This document shows positions 1 through 9,402 of a DNA stretch of 64,000 nucleotides, one piece after another. Origin of the DNA: a virus (lineage: Duplodnaviria > Caudoviricetes). The DNA lies in the IMG/VR virus record IMGVR_UViG_3300029305_002190, positions 1 to 64,000 of that record. One strand, written 5' to 3'. Made by a program: the position numbers and the translations under genes. Position 1 is the first letter of the stretch, and every line of letters begins with the position of its first letter. The notes under the pieces are model-generated. The model was not told the origin of the DNA and ran no database searches. It was given only the letters and a program-made list of their open reading frames with translations.

Positions 1-1
1 T

Positions 2-337
2 AAGGACTATGTTGCAGGTGAGGAACCCCTATTCCTACTAGCTCCTCCTATCGTTGCTTTTACCCAGCTAAAGGGTTATGCAGACGAGGACAGATTCTAT
101 AACAAGCAGGGCGACAGAGTTCGTGCTTACACTCTAAGAGTTGGTGACAGAGTTTCTCTATCCGAGAATGCTTTTGATACCGCTCCCGTTGAGAAGCAGT
201 ATGTTACTTATGATGCTTCCGCTAAGCAGTATGTTGTTGCTGATGCTAAGACTGAGGGTCAGTTCTGCGCTCAGGTTCTAACCAAGATTGTTCGTAGCAA
301 TCTAATCATGTACAAACTACAGGTTGTTAGCCTGTAA
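2..337 (+). CDS. 3' part of a putative capsid decoration/head protein (begins before the window)
   Basis: Open frame from base 2 (KDYVAGEEPLFLLAPP...FYNKQGDRVRAYTLRVGDRVSLS...LQVVSL*) ending TAA 335-337. Directly upstream of the capsid gene, with the same strong codon bias. Confidence 0.65.
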   Translation, partial: KDYVAGEEPLFLLAPPIVAFTQLKGYADEDRFYNKQGDRVRAYTLRVGDRVSLSENAFDTAPVEKQYVTYDASAKQYVVADAKTEGQFCAQVLTKIVRSNLIMYKLQVVSL

Positions 338-363
338 TTCTAGAGAAAAGGAGGATGAAAAAT

Positions 364-1479
364 ATGGCTACTCTAATGAATTTTGATGCACATGTTCGTG
401 CTATTTTCGAAAATGATGAAACTAAGTTTGTTAACTTTAATAAGCTAATGGTTGATGCTTCCATCAACAAGTATGAGGAAGGCATTGACGCTAAGACTGC
501 TAATGAGAAGATTAGAAAGGTTTTCAGAGAGGCTATTGGTGTTTCTGAGAATGCTACTAAGCAGGAAATCCGTAAGGCTATTAAGAAGAGAGCTAATGCT
601 CAGATTCTATTTGACCTAATCGAAGAGCTAGTTCCTAATCTACTAAAGTCTGGCTGGGCAGAGAACCCCTTCTTCAAAGAGTTTGTTGAAGAGAGATATC
701 TAGATGAGGGCGACGAGAACATCTTCTATTCTGAGGACAACTCCGTTCTAACTGTTTCTAAGGTTTCCGGTTCCCACTGGGATCTAGACCGTCAGAGACT
801 AGGCAAGGGTTCCAGCTTCTCCATTGAAACTTCTGAGTACGGTATTGCTGTTTACAGCGAGTACGAGAAGCTAATCTGTGGTCTAGAAGACTTTGCTACC
901 TTTATCACCAAGATCTATGAGGCTATTGATAGATTCGTTAACGAAGCTATTTATCAGGCTCTAATGGATGCTGCTGAGAAGCTACCTGGTGGCGCTTCCG
1001 GTGCAGGTCAGTGGGTTAAGACTGGTGCTCTAGATGAGAATACCAGAGGCACCCTAGTTCAGCTAGTTGAGGATGTTCAGATGGCTACTGGTGCTAACGA
1101 GGTTATCATCATGGGTACTAAGGCTGCTCTATCCAAGGTTACTGGTCTACAGAATGTTGACTGGATCTCCAACGAGATGAAGAACGAGCGTCATACCACT
1201 GGTAGAATGGGTATCTGGGAAGGCATCCGTCTAGTTGAGATCAAGCAGGGCTTTGCTCTAGGTGACACCACTAAGAAGCTAGTTGACGACAAGGTTCTAT
1301 TCGTTATGCCTGTCATGGACAATAAGTTCATCAAGCTAGTTAACCGTGGTGAGGATCAGCTAAGAGAAGTTCAGGACAAGACCCTAAATCAGGACATGAC
1401 TTATGATTACAGATACATGTTCCAGATGGGTGTTGGTGTTCTAATCAACCTAATCTTTGGCGAGTGGATCCTAGCTTAA
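364..1479 (+). CDS. Major capsid protein
   Basis: ~371 aa. AAGGAGG at 348-354 fits ATG 364 better than 355. Heads the structural cluster and has extreme high-expression codon bias. Size and sequence character fit an HK97-fold capsid protein. Confidence 0.8.
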   Translation: MATLMNFDAHVRAIFENDETKFVNFNKLMVDASINKYEEGIDAKTANEKIRKVFREAIGVSENATKQEIRKAIKKRANAQILFDLIEELVPNLLKSGWAENPFFKEFVEERYLDEGDENIFYSEDNSVLTVSKVSGSHWDLDRQRLGKGSSFSIETSEYGIAVYSEYEKLICGLEDFATFITKIYEAIDRFVNEAIYQALMDAAEKLPGGASGAGQWVKTGALDENTRGTLVQLVEDVQMATGANEVIIMGTKAALSKVTGLQNVDWISNEMKNERHTTGRMGIWEGIRLVEIKQGFALGDTTKKLVDDKVLFVMPVMDNKFIKLVNRGEDQLREVQDKTLNQDMTYDYRYMFQMGVGVLINLIFGEWILA

Positions 1480-1517
1480 TTATATTAGAAACAAAGGAAT
1501 AAAAGGAGAAAAAAGTT

Positions 1518-2051
1518 ATGGCAAAAAATACAGATATTAATGAAATTGAAGAAGTTAAGGCGGAAACTAAGAAGGAAAAGGCTGTTCAGAAAACTGTTAG
1601 AAAATATGCTCCAACAGATAGAATTCCTTGCCGTAGTCTTACCTATGGCGAGCTACTGCTAACTGGTCCAAAGACAAAGCTATTGCACACTTGGGCCAAC
1701 TATGGAGATGTGACTGAAATGGAGTATCAGGATCTACAGGCTCTGAAGTCTACCAGATCTTCTTATCTATTTAAGCCTAGATTTATCATTGAGGATGAGG
1801 AACTTGTTGAACAGTGGGCTGGTGATTTTAAAAAGATGTATGACGACATTGTAGAAATGGATGTTGAAGCTCTTTTTAGACTACCAATTGGTCAGCTAAA
1901 GGCTAAGCTAAAGAAGGCTCCTGCAGGAGTTCAGTTAGCTGTTAAGAATATGGCTGGCGAAAAGATTATGAACGGCACACTGGATAGTCTTGCTAAGATT
2001 AAGGCAATTGATGAGGTTCTTGATACTCAGTTAATGCTGTATATCAAGTAA
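1518..2051 (+). CDS. Hypothetical head-associated protein
   Basis: 177 aa ORF with AAGGAG RBS, immediately after the capsid gene. Confidence 0.6.
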   Translation: MAKNTDINEIEEVKAETKKEKAVQKTVRKYAPTDRIPCRSLTYGELLLTGPKTKLLHTWANYGDVTEMEYQDLQALKSTRSSYLFKPRFIIEDEELVEQWAGDFKKMYDDIVEMDVEALFRLPIGQLKAKLKKAPAGVQLAVKNMAGEKIMNGTLDSLAKIKAIDEVLDTQLMLYIK

Positions 2052-2068
2052 TTTGGAGGTGAACCTAT

Positions 2069-2485
2069 ATGGGCACTCCATATGAAAAGGTGTATGGTCG
2101 TTTTCTTAATTCAACTACAGATTTTAATCTAGCTGAATTGGACGACCATACATTAAATGAAATGCTTAAAGATTGGTTGCATGGTGCAATTGTAAAGGCA
2201 CGTACCTCAAGTGATTTGACACGTGATGACGAGAATGAAGTCTTTAAGAATGATTTGAGTGATTTGGATACTGAGCTTCTTGCTATGGGTATGAGACTAG
2301 CTTGGCTAGATCAGCGCATTAATTCTACCGAATATACTAACTTGTTTGTTGGTGGAAAAGAAGAAAAGTTCTACTCTCCTTCCTCACAATTATCAGAACT
2401 TCGTGCACTCCGTGCAGACACACTCAGAGAAATGCAACAACTTTACACATATGATACTTATGTGAACAATTCTTACTTTGACTAA
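2069..2485 (+). CDS. Putative head-tail adaptor
   Basis: 138 aa, predicted helical, GGAGGT RBS, in the head-completion position. Confidence 0.5.
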   Translation: MGTPYEKVYGRFLNSTTDFNLAELDDHTLNEMLKDWLHGAIVKARTSSDLTRDDENEVFKNDLSDLDTELLAMGMRLAWLDQRINSTEYTNLFVGGKEEKFYSPSSQLSELRALRADTLREMQQLYTYDTYVNNSYFD

Positions 2486-2498
2486 GGAGGCGTTTCCA

Positions 2499-2804
2499 AT
2501 GAATATTTATAATGAAATGCCGCCCAGTCAAATTGCTGCAGAGAAGGCATATATCCGCTCTGCAATTTTTAAGCTACTACCGTATAAAGAAGAGTCTTAC
2601 GAGTATTTAAATGAATATTTTGGCTCTGTGCTACAACTACTTAAGGGTTTCAATAAGGTTTCTGGCAATCAGCCGGAGATGGTCAGTATTATTAGTAAGA
2701 TTGCATACGCACGTGACGTTGAAGATTTCAGTGAATATCGTAAGGCGATTCTTGATGCTTGTGGATTAGTAGATAGAATCAAGGAGAGTGATCCTAATGC
2801 TTGA
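2499..2804 (+). CDS. Hypothetical neck-region protein
   Basis: AAGGAGG 8 nt before ATG 2499, which fits better than the listed TTG 2478. Confidence 0.55.
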   Translation: MNIYNEMPPSQIAAEKAYIRSAIFKLLPYKEESYEYLNEYFGSVLQLLKGFNKVSGNQPEMVSIISKIAYARDVEDFSEYRKAILDACGLVDRIKESDPNA

Positions 2805-3879
2805 GTCTTATAGACTTCGCATGGCTGCGCTTGGTGGCTACGAAGGTGAAGCTAAGCGTAGGAATGCTCAAAATATTATGGATGCATCTTGGATGCGAGA
2901 TCCAGCCACTAAACTTGTTTATGTTAAATGGGTTGATAGTGGACTACCTGTGATAGATGATGATGACATTCCAGTTTACGCCAAATATAACGTAAAGTCA
3001 TATCACAATATTACGGGTGATGAGGTTGCATATTTATTGCAATTTAGATTAGAAGACATAAAGACCAATTCTAATATTAGGGTTGGCTCTTATGTTCAAA
3101 TTATAAATGAAATGGATGAACCTGAATGGTGGTTAATTGTTCATTATGACGATAGACTGCAATTCAGACAGTTTTCAATTTTGAAATGTACATGGACTTA
3201 CAAATGGGTTTCTAGAGTTAGTGGCAAACGTGTTGTGTATCAATGTCTTGGTGCGCCACGTAAACAGAACTCTTATAACAGTGGTGTTTGGTTAGATTAT
3301 ACTACACAGACTGTTGAGAACCAGGAAGTTTTATGGCTGCCTACAAATGATGATACAAAAACTATTGTTTATGATACTAAATTCTTGAAGTCTTCTCCCG
3401 GCAGATATCCTCCACTTAGATGGACAATCACTAAGATTGAAGATACTGCTATTGATGGAATTTCAAAGTTTACTTTGGCGCAAGATCAATTTGATTCAGC
3501 CAAAGATAATGTTGAATTGATGATAGCTAATTATTATGATTCTTATGTAGAGCCAGAAGTCCCTGAGTTAGAAGAAACTCAAACTGTAAGCGATCTTGAA
3601 ATCGTCTATTCTGGTTCACCAGCTGTGCGTGCGGGTGGTGGATATAAAAAGTTCACTTTAAAAGCACGAGTGGATGGTAAGTTGGTTGATGCAACAGATG
3701 TCAAGTGGAGCGTCGATTTTTCAGACGGCGACTTGGATAAACTTGAGACTTTCGTGAAAGACAATGTGTTTAAAGTAAAGTGTTTGCCATTCTATGATTT
3801 GGTAGGCAAAACATTTACTATTACTGCGGAAAGCAAACATAGTTCAAAATCTCTCATTGTGGAGGTGATTAGTCTATGA
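2788..3879 (+). CDS. Putative head-closure/neck protein with C-terminal Ig-like domain
   Basis: 363 aa, beta-rich, overlaps both neighbours. The C-terminal ~95 aa (…VKWSVDFSD…TFTITAES…) look Ig-like. Start may be ATG 2797. Confidence 0.5.
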   Translation: MILMLESYRLRMAALGGYEGEAKRRNAQNIMDASWMRDPATKLVYVKWVDSGLPVIDDDDIPVYAKYNVKSYHNITGDEVAYLLQFRLEDIKTNSNIRVGSYVQIINEMDEPEWWLIVHYDDRLQFRQFSILKCTWTYKWVSRVSGKRVVYQCLGAPRKQNSYNSGVWLDYTTQTVENQEVLWLPTNDDTKTIVYDTKFLKSSPGRYPPLRWTITKIEDTAIDGISKFTLAQDQFDSAKDNVELMIANYYDSYVEPEVPELEETQTVSDLEIVYSGSPAVRAGGGYKKFTLKARVDGKLVDATDVKWSVDFSDGDLDKLETFVKDNVFKVKCLPFYDLVGKTFTITAESKHSSKSLIVEVISL

Positions 3880-4397
3880 TGCGAGATATTCAAAATATTA
3901 ATGATGACATTAGCGGAATGAAAAGACAGATTAAACAAACGTTAATAGCCGACACGGACATTCTTGAAGTGTTACATAATCCTGATATTGACATTGATAG
4001 TCCAGATGAATTTTTGGACAACAACATCTTTGGATTTATTAGAATTCCTGACACTCAAGACACTGTTCGAAATTTTATATGTGTAACTGTTGATGATATT
4101 GAAGAGCATCGTTTTAATGAAGTGATGAAGATTCAAAATATCACATTTACTGTTATTTGTCATCTTAGTGATATGAAGACTGAGTATGGAGTTGACAGAC
4201 ATGACTTACTTGGATATTTAATTAGAGAGTCTATAAACTGGACAAATTTGTTTGGTTTACAGTTTAAGCTAATTTACAACAAGGAAAGCACTATTGATGG
4301 AGACTATTATTGTAGAACTTTGAAATTTGAAGCCGTCAAGCCAAATTCACTTAATAATGCAAGGATGGCGAATCCTCGTGATAAACTTAGACGTTGA
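3876..4397 (+). CDS. Putative tail terminator/completion protein
   Basis: 173 aa, GGAGGTG RBS, ATGA overlap, located before the tail tube. Confidence 0.45.
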   Translation: MMRDIQNINDDISGMKRQIKQTLIADTDILEVLHNPDIDIDSPDEFLDNNIFGFIRIPDTQDTVRNFICVTVDDIEEHRFNEVMKIQNITFTVICHLSDMKTEYGVDRHDLLGYLIRESINWTNLFGLQFKLIYNKESTIDGDYYCRTLKFEAVKPNSLNNARMANPRDKLRR

Positions 4398-5109
4398 TGA
4401 TTTAAAACTTTATATTGGTGACGATTATGTTATCAATGATAATATTAAAGTTTTACAACCAACTATAAGACAGATTGCTGAATTTGGTGAGCGTGACTTT
4501 TTCTCTGTGGTTCATACAGTAACTGCCATACCTTCTGATATGAAGTCTCAGCTTTGGGACATGGGCCTCGACTGGACAGAGGTTGACGATTTTGAACTAT
4601 TTGTAATGCTTGTGCAGACTTTGACTCCAGATAGAACTGGGCTTTTATTTGGTGACATAGATCTTTCAAAATTGAGACCGTACAAACATCCACATATTGA
4701 AGATGAGATTATTCTGGCCAATAAGGAAGCTGGAATTCTTATTGACAAAATGATATATCTCAGAATCGTGTCCTATCTTCGTAAGGCATTTAATATTACG
4801 CCAAAAGTTGAAAAGGCTGCTAATAAAATGACCAAGAAAATTTTGATTGAAGAAGATAGGATGAAATTAAAATTTAATAAAGATAAGCCTTTTAAGTCTT
4901 TCTTGTTGCCACTGATTTCATCTGTTAAAGTGAGGCAGCGTTATACTAAAGAATATGTACTCAATATGGGGTATGTAGAATTTATGAATGACGTGGCAAG
5001 ATTGCAGGTGATTCATAATGCAGACCATTTGTTAAGTGGTGTGTATGCTGGCACTATTGATATGAAGAAAATTAATAAGGCAGAATTGAATTGGATGAAA
5101 GAGTTGTAA
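4327..5109 (+). CDS. Hypothetical tail-region protein (possible chaperone)
   Basis: ORF between neck genes and tail tube; true start is probably GTG 4378. Confidence 0.5.
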   Translation: MKPSSQIHLIMQGWRILVINLDVDDLKLYIGDDYVINDNIKVLQPTIRQIAEFGERDFFSVVHTVTAIPSDMKSQLWDMGLDWTEVDDFELFVMLVQTLTPDRTGLLFGDIDLSKLRPYKHPHIEDEIILANKEAGILIDKMIYLRIVSYLRKAFNITPKVEKAANKMTKKILIEEDRMKLKFNKDKPFKSFLLPLISSVKVRQRYTKEYVLNMGYVEFMNDVARLQVIHNADHLLSGVYAGTIDMKKINKAELNWMKEL

Positions 5110-5153
5110 ACTCTTTTTATATTTAAAAATTATTTTTATGGAGGTAAGCTATT

Positions 5154-6014
5154 ATGACTTTCGATTTAAATAACTTTGTTATTGATAGAATCGTCCGTGG
5201 TGTTGCTCTAAGCCAGAAGGACGACTCTGTTCTATTTTCTATCAACCAGATCCAGAATGCTTCTCTAAACTGTGCTTCTGAGTCTACTGATGCTGTTGAC
5301 GCAATGGGCACTCCTATTGCTACTTTCTATAGAGCTAAGTCCGCAGAATTTTCTGCTGAGAACGCTCTATTCGACATGGGATTGCTAAGCACCCAGCTAG
5401 GTACCGCAAAGAGAGTCGCAGGTACTAAAGATGTTCCTACTATTACTGTTCCTGCAATGGAGAGTTTTCCTGCTGTTGAGAGTGGCAAGTATACATTAAA
5501 GCATGCTCCTAAGGGTGAAATTAAAGAAATCTATGCTCTAAAGAACGATAGTAGTTTTGGTGATAAACTAATTAAAGGTTCTGAGCCATCTGCCGCTTCT
5601 GAGAACGAGAAGGCAAAGTTTGCTATCGCTGACAGAGAAATTTCTATTGTTGTTAATACCGATCCAGCAACCTTTGATGATCCCTCTAAGGGCATTCCAG
5701 TTGGCACTGAGATGTTTGTTATGTATGAGTATGACACTGACAAAGCAGTTGAGGTTGTCAACTCTGCTAAGAACTTCCCTGTTGGCTGCAAGTTCGTTAT
5801 GGAAGTCCTAGGTTGCGACGTTTGTGATCAGACCAACTTAGTTTATGCTTATGTCATATTCAATAATGCTAAGCTAAGCCCTGACTTCGACTGGTCCATC
5901 GCTACCGATGGTACTCACCCCTTCTCTATGAAGGCTCAGCAGGATTACTGCGACAAGGAAAAGAGACTATTCTCCATCGTTATCCCTGAGGTTGAGGACG
6001 AGGACGAGGAATAA
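5154..6014 (+). CDS. Major tail tube protein
   Basis: 286 aa, beta-rich with acidic C-terminus, GGAGGT RBS, high-expression codon bias, position after the neck genes. Confidence 0.7.
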   Translation: MTFDLNNFVIDRIVRGVALSQKDDSVLFSINQIQNASLNCASESTDAVDAMGTPIATFYRAKSAEFSAENALFDMGLLSTQLGTAKRVAGTKDVPTITVPAMESFPAVESGKYTLKHAPKGEIKEIYALKNDSSFGDKLIKGSEPSAASENEKAKFAIADREISIVVNTDPATFDDPSKGIPVGTEMFVMYEYDTDKAVEVVNSAKNFPVGCKFVMEVLGCDVCDQTNLVYAYVIFNNAKLSPDFDWSIATDGTHPFSMKAQQDYCDKEKRLFSIVIPEVEDEDEE

Positions 6015-6030
6015 TTTGTCAAAATAACAC

Positions 6031-6059
6031 TTGACAATACAAAATTAATGTGGTATAAT
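6031..6059 (+). promoter_or_regulatory. Consensus sigma70/sigmaA promoter with extended -10
   Basis: TTGACA (6031-6036), 17 nt spacer, TATAAT (6054-6059), with TG at 6051-6052. Confidence 0.85.
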
Positions 6060-6162
6060 ATACACAAGATAGGTAGAGAGTAATTAACTTTACTGATACG
6101 GGCTAGGGCCTCTCACCTAGCCCTTCTTGTGATTATTTGAAATGAGAGATGATGAAAAATAA

Positions 6163-6987
6163 GTGAGGTTATTATGTATGGAATATAGAACGCCTGATGC
6201 TTTGTGTGGTGTTTATAAAATCACTAATCTTATTAATGGGAAAGTTTACATTGGACAAAGTATAAATATAAAAAATAGATGGAAAGATCATGTAAATGCA
6301 CTTAATAGAAAAGATAGCAATTGTACACTTTTACAGCGTGCGTGGAATAAGTATAAACAAGAAAATTTCTCTTTTGAAATTTTAGAATTATGCTCAGAAG
6401 AGATGTTGGATGAAATTGAAAGTAAATATATTGATATTTATGATGCATGTAAAAATGGATATAATATAGAACCTGGCGGTAATATTAATAAACATTTATC
6501 AGACGAAACTAAACAAAAAATACGAGAAGCACATCTTGGTATGAAAGCGTCAGATGAAACGAGAAGAAAAATGTCAGAATCTAGAATAGGAGAAAAGAAT
6601 CCTATGTATGGACAAACACATTCTGAATCTGCTCGTAAAAAAATCAGTGATACCGCTAAGGGTAGGCCAGGATATCCGAGAACGGATTATCAAAAAGAGT
6701 GTGCTAGATTGGCTAATTTAGGTAAAGAAGTTTCTGAGAAAACACGAAAGAAAATTAGCGAAGCCAACAAAGGCAATATTCCACATAATAAAAACTTACG
6801 ACTAGTATATTGTGTTGAACTGAATAAAGTATTCGAAAACGCATCGTCCGCAGGCAAAGAATTAAATATCCGCAGTAGTAACATTATTAATTGTTGTGAG
6901 CACACTAGAAAGACGTGTGGTGGGTATCGTTGGATGTATGTGGATACTGATGAATATATTAAATTTATTCAGCAATTAACAATATAA
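6163..6987 (+). CDS. Free-standing GIY-YIG homing endonuclease with NUMOD3 repeats and NUMOD1-like C-terminus
   Basis: GVYKITNLINGKVYIGQS…RW..H…E…GYN; repeats HLSDETKQKI, SDETRRKMS, GEKNPMYG, HSESARKKIS; C-terminal I..CC…KTCGGYRW. Confidence 0.9.
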   Translation: MRLLCMEYRTPDALCGVYKITNLINGKVYIGQSINIKNRWKDHVNALNRKDSNCTLLQRAWNKYKQENFSFEILELCSEEMLDEIESKYIDIYDACKNGYNIEPGGNINKHLSDETKQKIREAHLGMKASDETRRKMSESRIGEKNPMYGQTHSESARKKISDTAKGRPGYPRTDYQKECARLANLGKEVSEKTRKKISEANKGNIPHNKNLRLVYCVELNKVFENASSAGKELNIRSSNIINCCEHTRKTCGGYRWMYVDTDEYIKFIQQLTI

Positions 6988-7051
6988 AAATTAATAATCA
7001 CTTCCAAATGAGCCACCATCCGGTAGCTCATTTTTTATTTATGAAAGGAGC

Positions 7052-7426
7052 GTGGATCCTATGGGTAGACGTAACCGTGAATGTTATCTCTGTGGTCGTG
7101 ACTACCAATACTGCCCAACTTGTTCTAGCGACAAGATGAAGCCAGCATATATGTCCGAGTTCCACAGCAAAAATTGCAAAAATATCTTTGACATTTGCAC
7201 TCGTTTTAACATGAAACTAATGCCCAAGTCTGAGGCCCAAGCTGCCCTAAACGCTTGTGACCTATCTAATAAAGAAAACTTTAAATCTTATATCCAACGT
7301 GACTTAGAAAATATTTTTAAGGCCGACGAAGAGCCAAAATTTAAACGTGGCAAACGTATCGAAGCAAAACCTGTCGATGAATTTGCTGATATTATACATG
7401 AAGTAGTTGAAAAAGAAAATGAATAA
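7052..7426 (+). CDS. Zn-finger-like protein
   Basis: CYLCGRDYQYCPTC…HSKNC motif; AAGGAG RBS. Confidence 0.6.
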   Translation: MDPMGRRNRECYLCGRDYQYCPTCSSDKMKPAYMSEFHSKNCKNIFDICTRFNMKLMPKSEAQAALNACDLSNKENFKSYIQRDLENIFKADEEPKFKRGKRIEAKPVDEFADIIHEVVEKENE

Positions 7427-7471
7427 GGAACTATACTTCATGCAAAACGAAGTTTAGTTCCTTATTTTTTT
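7421..7471 (+). terminator. Intrinsic terminator
   Basis: aataaggaacta…tagttccttatt long stem followed by a T-run. Confidence 0.6.
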
Positions 7472-7494
7472 ATGCAAAAAAGGAGGAGAAGGAA

Positions 7495-7719
7495 TTGATC
7501 AAATCACTGATCACAGGCCGAGAGTATGCAGAAAATAATTGTGTCTATGTAACAAACATGCTGCAAGCACAAAAATACCTCGCACACCTTGGTCCACAGT
7601 ACCTTTTAGATATCCTCTACACAGGTACATATAGAAAAGATTCCTTAGTTTTTGTCTTTGAGCGTTGTTTAGAAACACGTAAGGCAAAAGAACTGTGGGA
7701 TAAGCACGAATTAAATTAA
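7495..7719 (+). CDS. Small conserved phage protein (DUF5659-like)
   Basis: 74 aa, strong AGGAGG RBS, LVFVFER…W motif; resembles 27350..27568. Confidence 0.55.
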   Translation: MIKSLITGREYAENNCVYVTNMLQAQKYLAHLGPQYLLDILYTGTYRKDSLVFVFERCLETRKAKELWDKHELN

Positions 7720-7734
7720 CAAGGTGGTGAAAAG

Positions 7735-8475
7735 ATGCCACAAAATATTTTTAAAATCTATGATGGTCGAACTAATTTTTGGCAATGGGATACTCAACAA
7801 AAGTTAATTGTCCTAGATGACCGCATTACAGAAGTTCGTTTTTCCAATAGAAACATGGAACACTCAAAGCGTAGAATTGTTTATAAAGATAATGACGGCA
7901 ATAGAATTTGCAACGTTCCAGACATACTATTACAGCTACCAAAAAATTTAGTGGCATATGCTTGTATAAAACAAGACGACGGATCTGTCAGTACAATTAA
8001 ATCAGTACAATTCGCTGTTGCAAGGCAACCTATTCCATCTGATTATATTTGCGAACAAGACGCAGCAGTAGAAGCAATTCTTGATAGAATTGAGATTCTA
8101 GAGGACTTCATCAAAGATATTGAAACTGGCAATCAAGAGCTCAAGAAGTTTGATAATATGATCGATGCAGCAAAATGGGCGAAAGAAGAAGGAATTGCTG
8201 GTAATATTGTTGTCGTATATGTGGAAGATAGGTGGGTTCCTCATGTTGTAGAAAATGATTTAGCTTTATCTCCTATTTGTGATTGCAGTGGAGAAGCTAT
8301 GAATATGGGTATTTATGTGCCTCGATTTGAACATGATAAATTGATTTTTGAATTAAAAGATACTCCTGGAGAAGAAGAAATTATTTATGATCTTGATAAG
8401 AGTAACGAGTGGGGCTCAATTGATGATGCTAGTGGAGAGAGAAGCGGCAACTATATTTGGGAGACTCTCGAATAA
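7735..8475 (+). CDS. Putative fibre anchor (BppU-like N-terminus)
   Basis: FWQWD…VRFSN…VPDILLQ…RQPIPSDY motif typical of baseplate-upper-type domains; ends YIWETLE. Confidence 0.5.
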   Translation: MPQNIFKIYDGRTNFWQWDTQQKLIVLDDRITEVRFSNRNMEHSKRRIVYKDNDGNRICNVPDILLQLPKNLVAYACIKQDDGSVSTIKSVQFAVARQPIPSDYICEQDAAVEAILDRIEILEDFIKDIETGNQELKKFDNMIDAAKWAKEEGIAGNIVVVYVEDRWVPHVVENDLALSPICDCSGEAMNMGIYVPRFEHDKLIFELKDTPGEEEIIYDLDKSNEWGSIDDASGERSGNYIWETLE

Positions 8476-8527
8476 ATTCACTCAGAGAGTGTTTTTATAA
8501 ATTAATTTTATGGAAAGGAGATAACAA

Positions 8528-9361
8528 ATGGCTAACGTTTTATTTAAAGTTGGTACAAGAGCTCAGTTTGATGCTATTGTTACCAAAAGCGAAACTACTT
8601 TATACTGGCTAAGTGATACACAAGAGCTATATAAAGGCGATGTTCTGTTTGGCAAGGGCGCATTGGCTTCTGAGGAAGCTGCTGGTCTATTATCTGCAGA
8701 AGACTATAAGAAATTAAAAGAACTAATTGCCACTGGCGGCGCTGTTGAACTAACCCCTGTTAATGGTTCTATTGTCATTAAAGACAAGAAGATTGGTGTT
8801 GGTTTGTCTGCCGTTGAAGGCAACATGCTATCTATTAAAGACGACGGCCTATTTGCTGCATCAGTTGATCTGACAGATGTGCAAAATAGACTAACCGCTG
8901 TCGAAGGTAGTATTGCTCAGCTGCAAGAGGATATTGTTGGCGGCATTCGCTACAAGGGTACTGTTGAAACCGTAGACGACCTACCCGATGATGCAAAACA
9001 GGGCGATTTATATGAGGTAACCGCTGACGGTTCTGAGTGGTGTTATAATGGCGAAAAGTGGTTTGAGTATGGTTCTGCCCACTTTACTCCTGTTGCTGGA
9101 GGCGGCATTCAGATTAATGGCAATGAGATTGCTGTAAATATTGCAGAAGAGTCTCATGGCCTAGTTGCCGTTGACGGCGCTTTATCCATCAATCTAGCAA
9201 CTGCTGAAAGCGATGGCGCTATGTCTGCTGCTGATAAAGTTGCACTAGATGCTCTAATTGCTCTTCGTATTGCCGAGAATTATGCTACTAAAGAAGAAAT
9301 GCAAACTATTTCTGAGAAAGTTACATCTGCAGAAGATTCTTTCACTTGGGGCGAGATGTAA
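8528..9361 (+). CDS. Fibre-like structural protein
   Basis: N-terminal FKVG…LYW..D…LY domain, short coiled coil, YKGTVETVDDLP module, ends FTWGEM. Confidence 0.6.
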   Translation: MANVLFKVGTRAQFDAIVTKSETTLYWLSDTQELYKGDVLFGKGALASEEAAGLLSAEDYKKLKELIATGGAVELTPVNGSIVIKDKKIGVGLSAVEGNMLSIKDDGLFAASVDLTDVQNRLTAVEGSIAQLQEDIVGGIRYKGTVETVDDLPDDAKQGDLYEVTADGSEWCYNGEKWFEYGSAHFTPVAGGGIQINGNEIAVNIAEESHGLVAVDGALSINLATAESDGAMSAADKVALDALIALRIAENYATKEEMQTISEKVTSAEDSFTWGEM

Positions 9362-9402
9362 TTGATAATACAAAATTAATATTTTTAGGAGGAAAATAAA
9401 TT

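Noticed and set aside
6063-6131. Hammerhead ribozyme in the GIY-YIG leader (three stems and a CTGAT segment)
   Set aside because: Lacks the CUGANGA and GAAA core in the required positions
6163-6987. GIY-YIG or 27534 endonucleases as intron-encoded
   Set aside because: Flanking genes appear complete and I found no P7-like R/S elements around them
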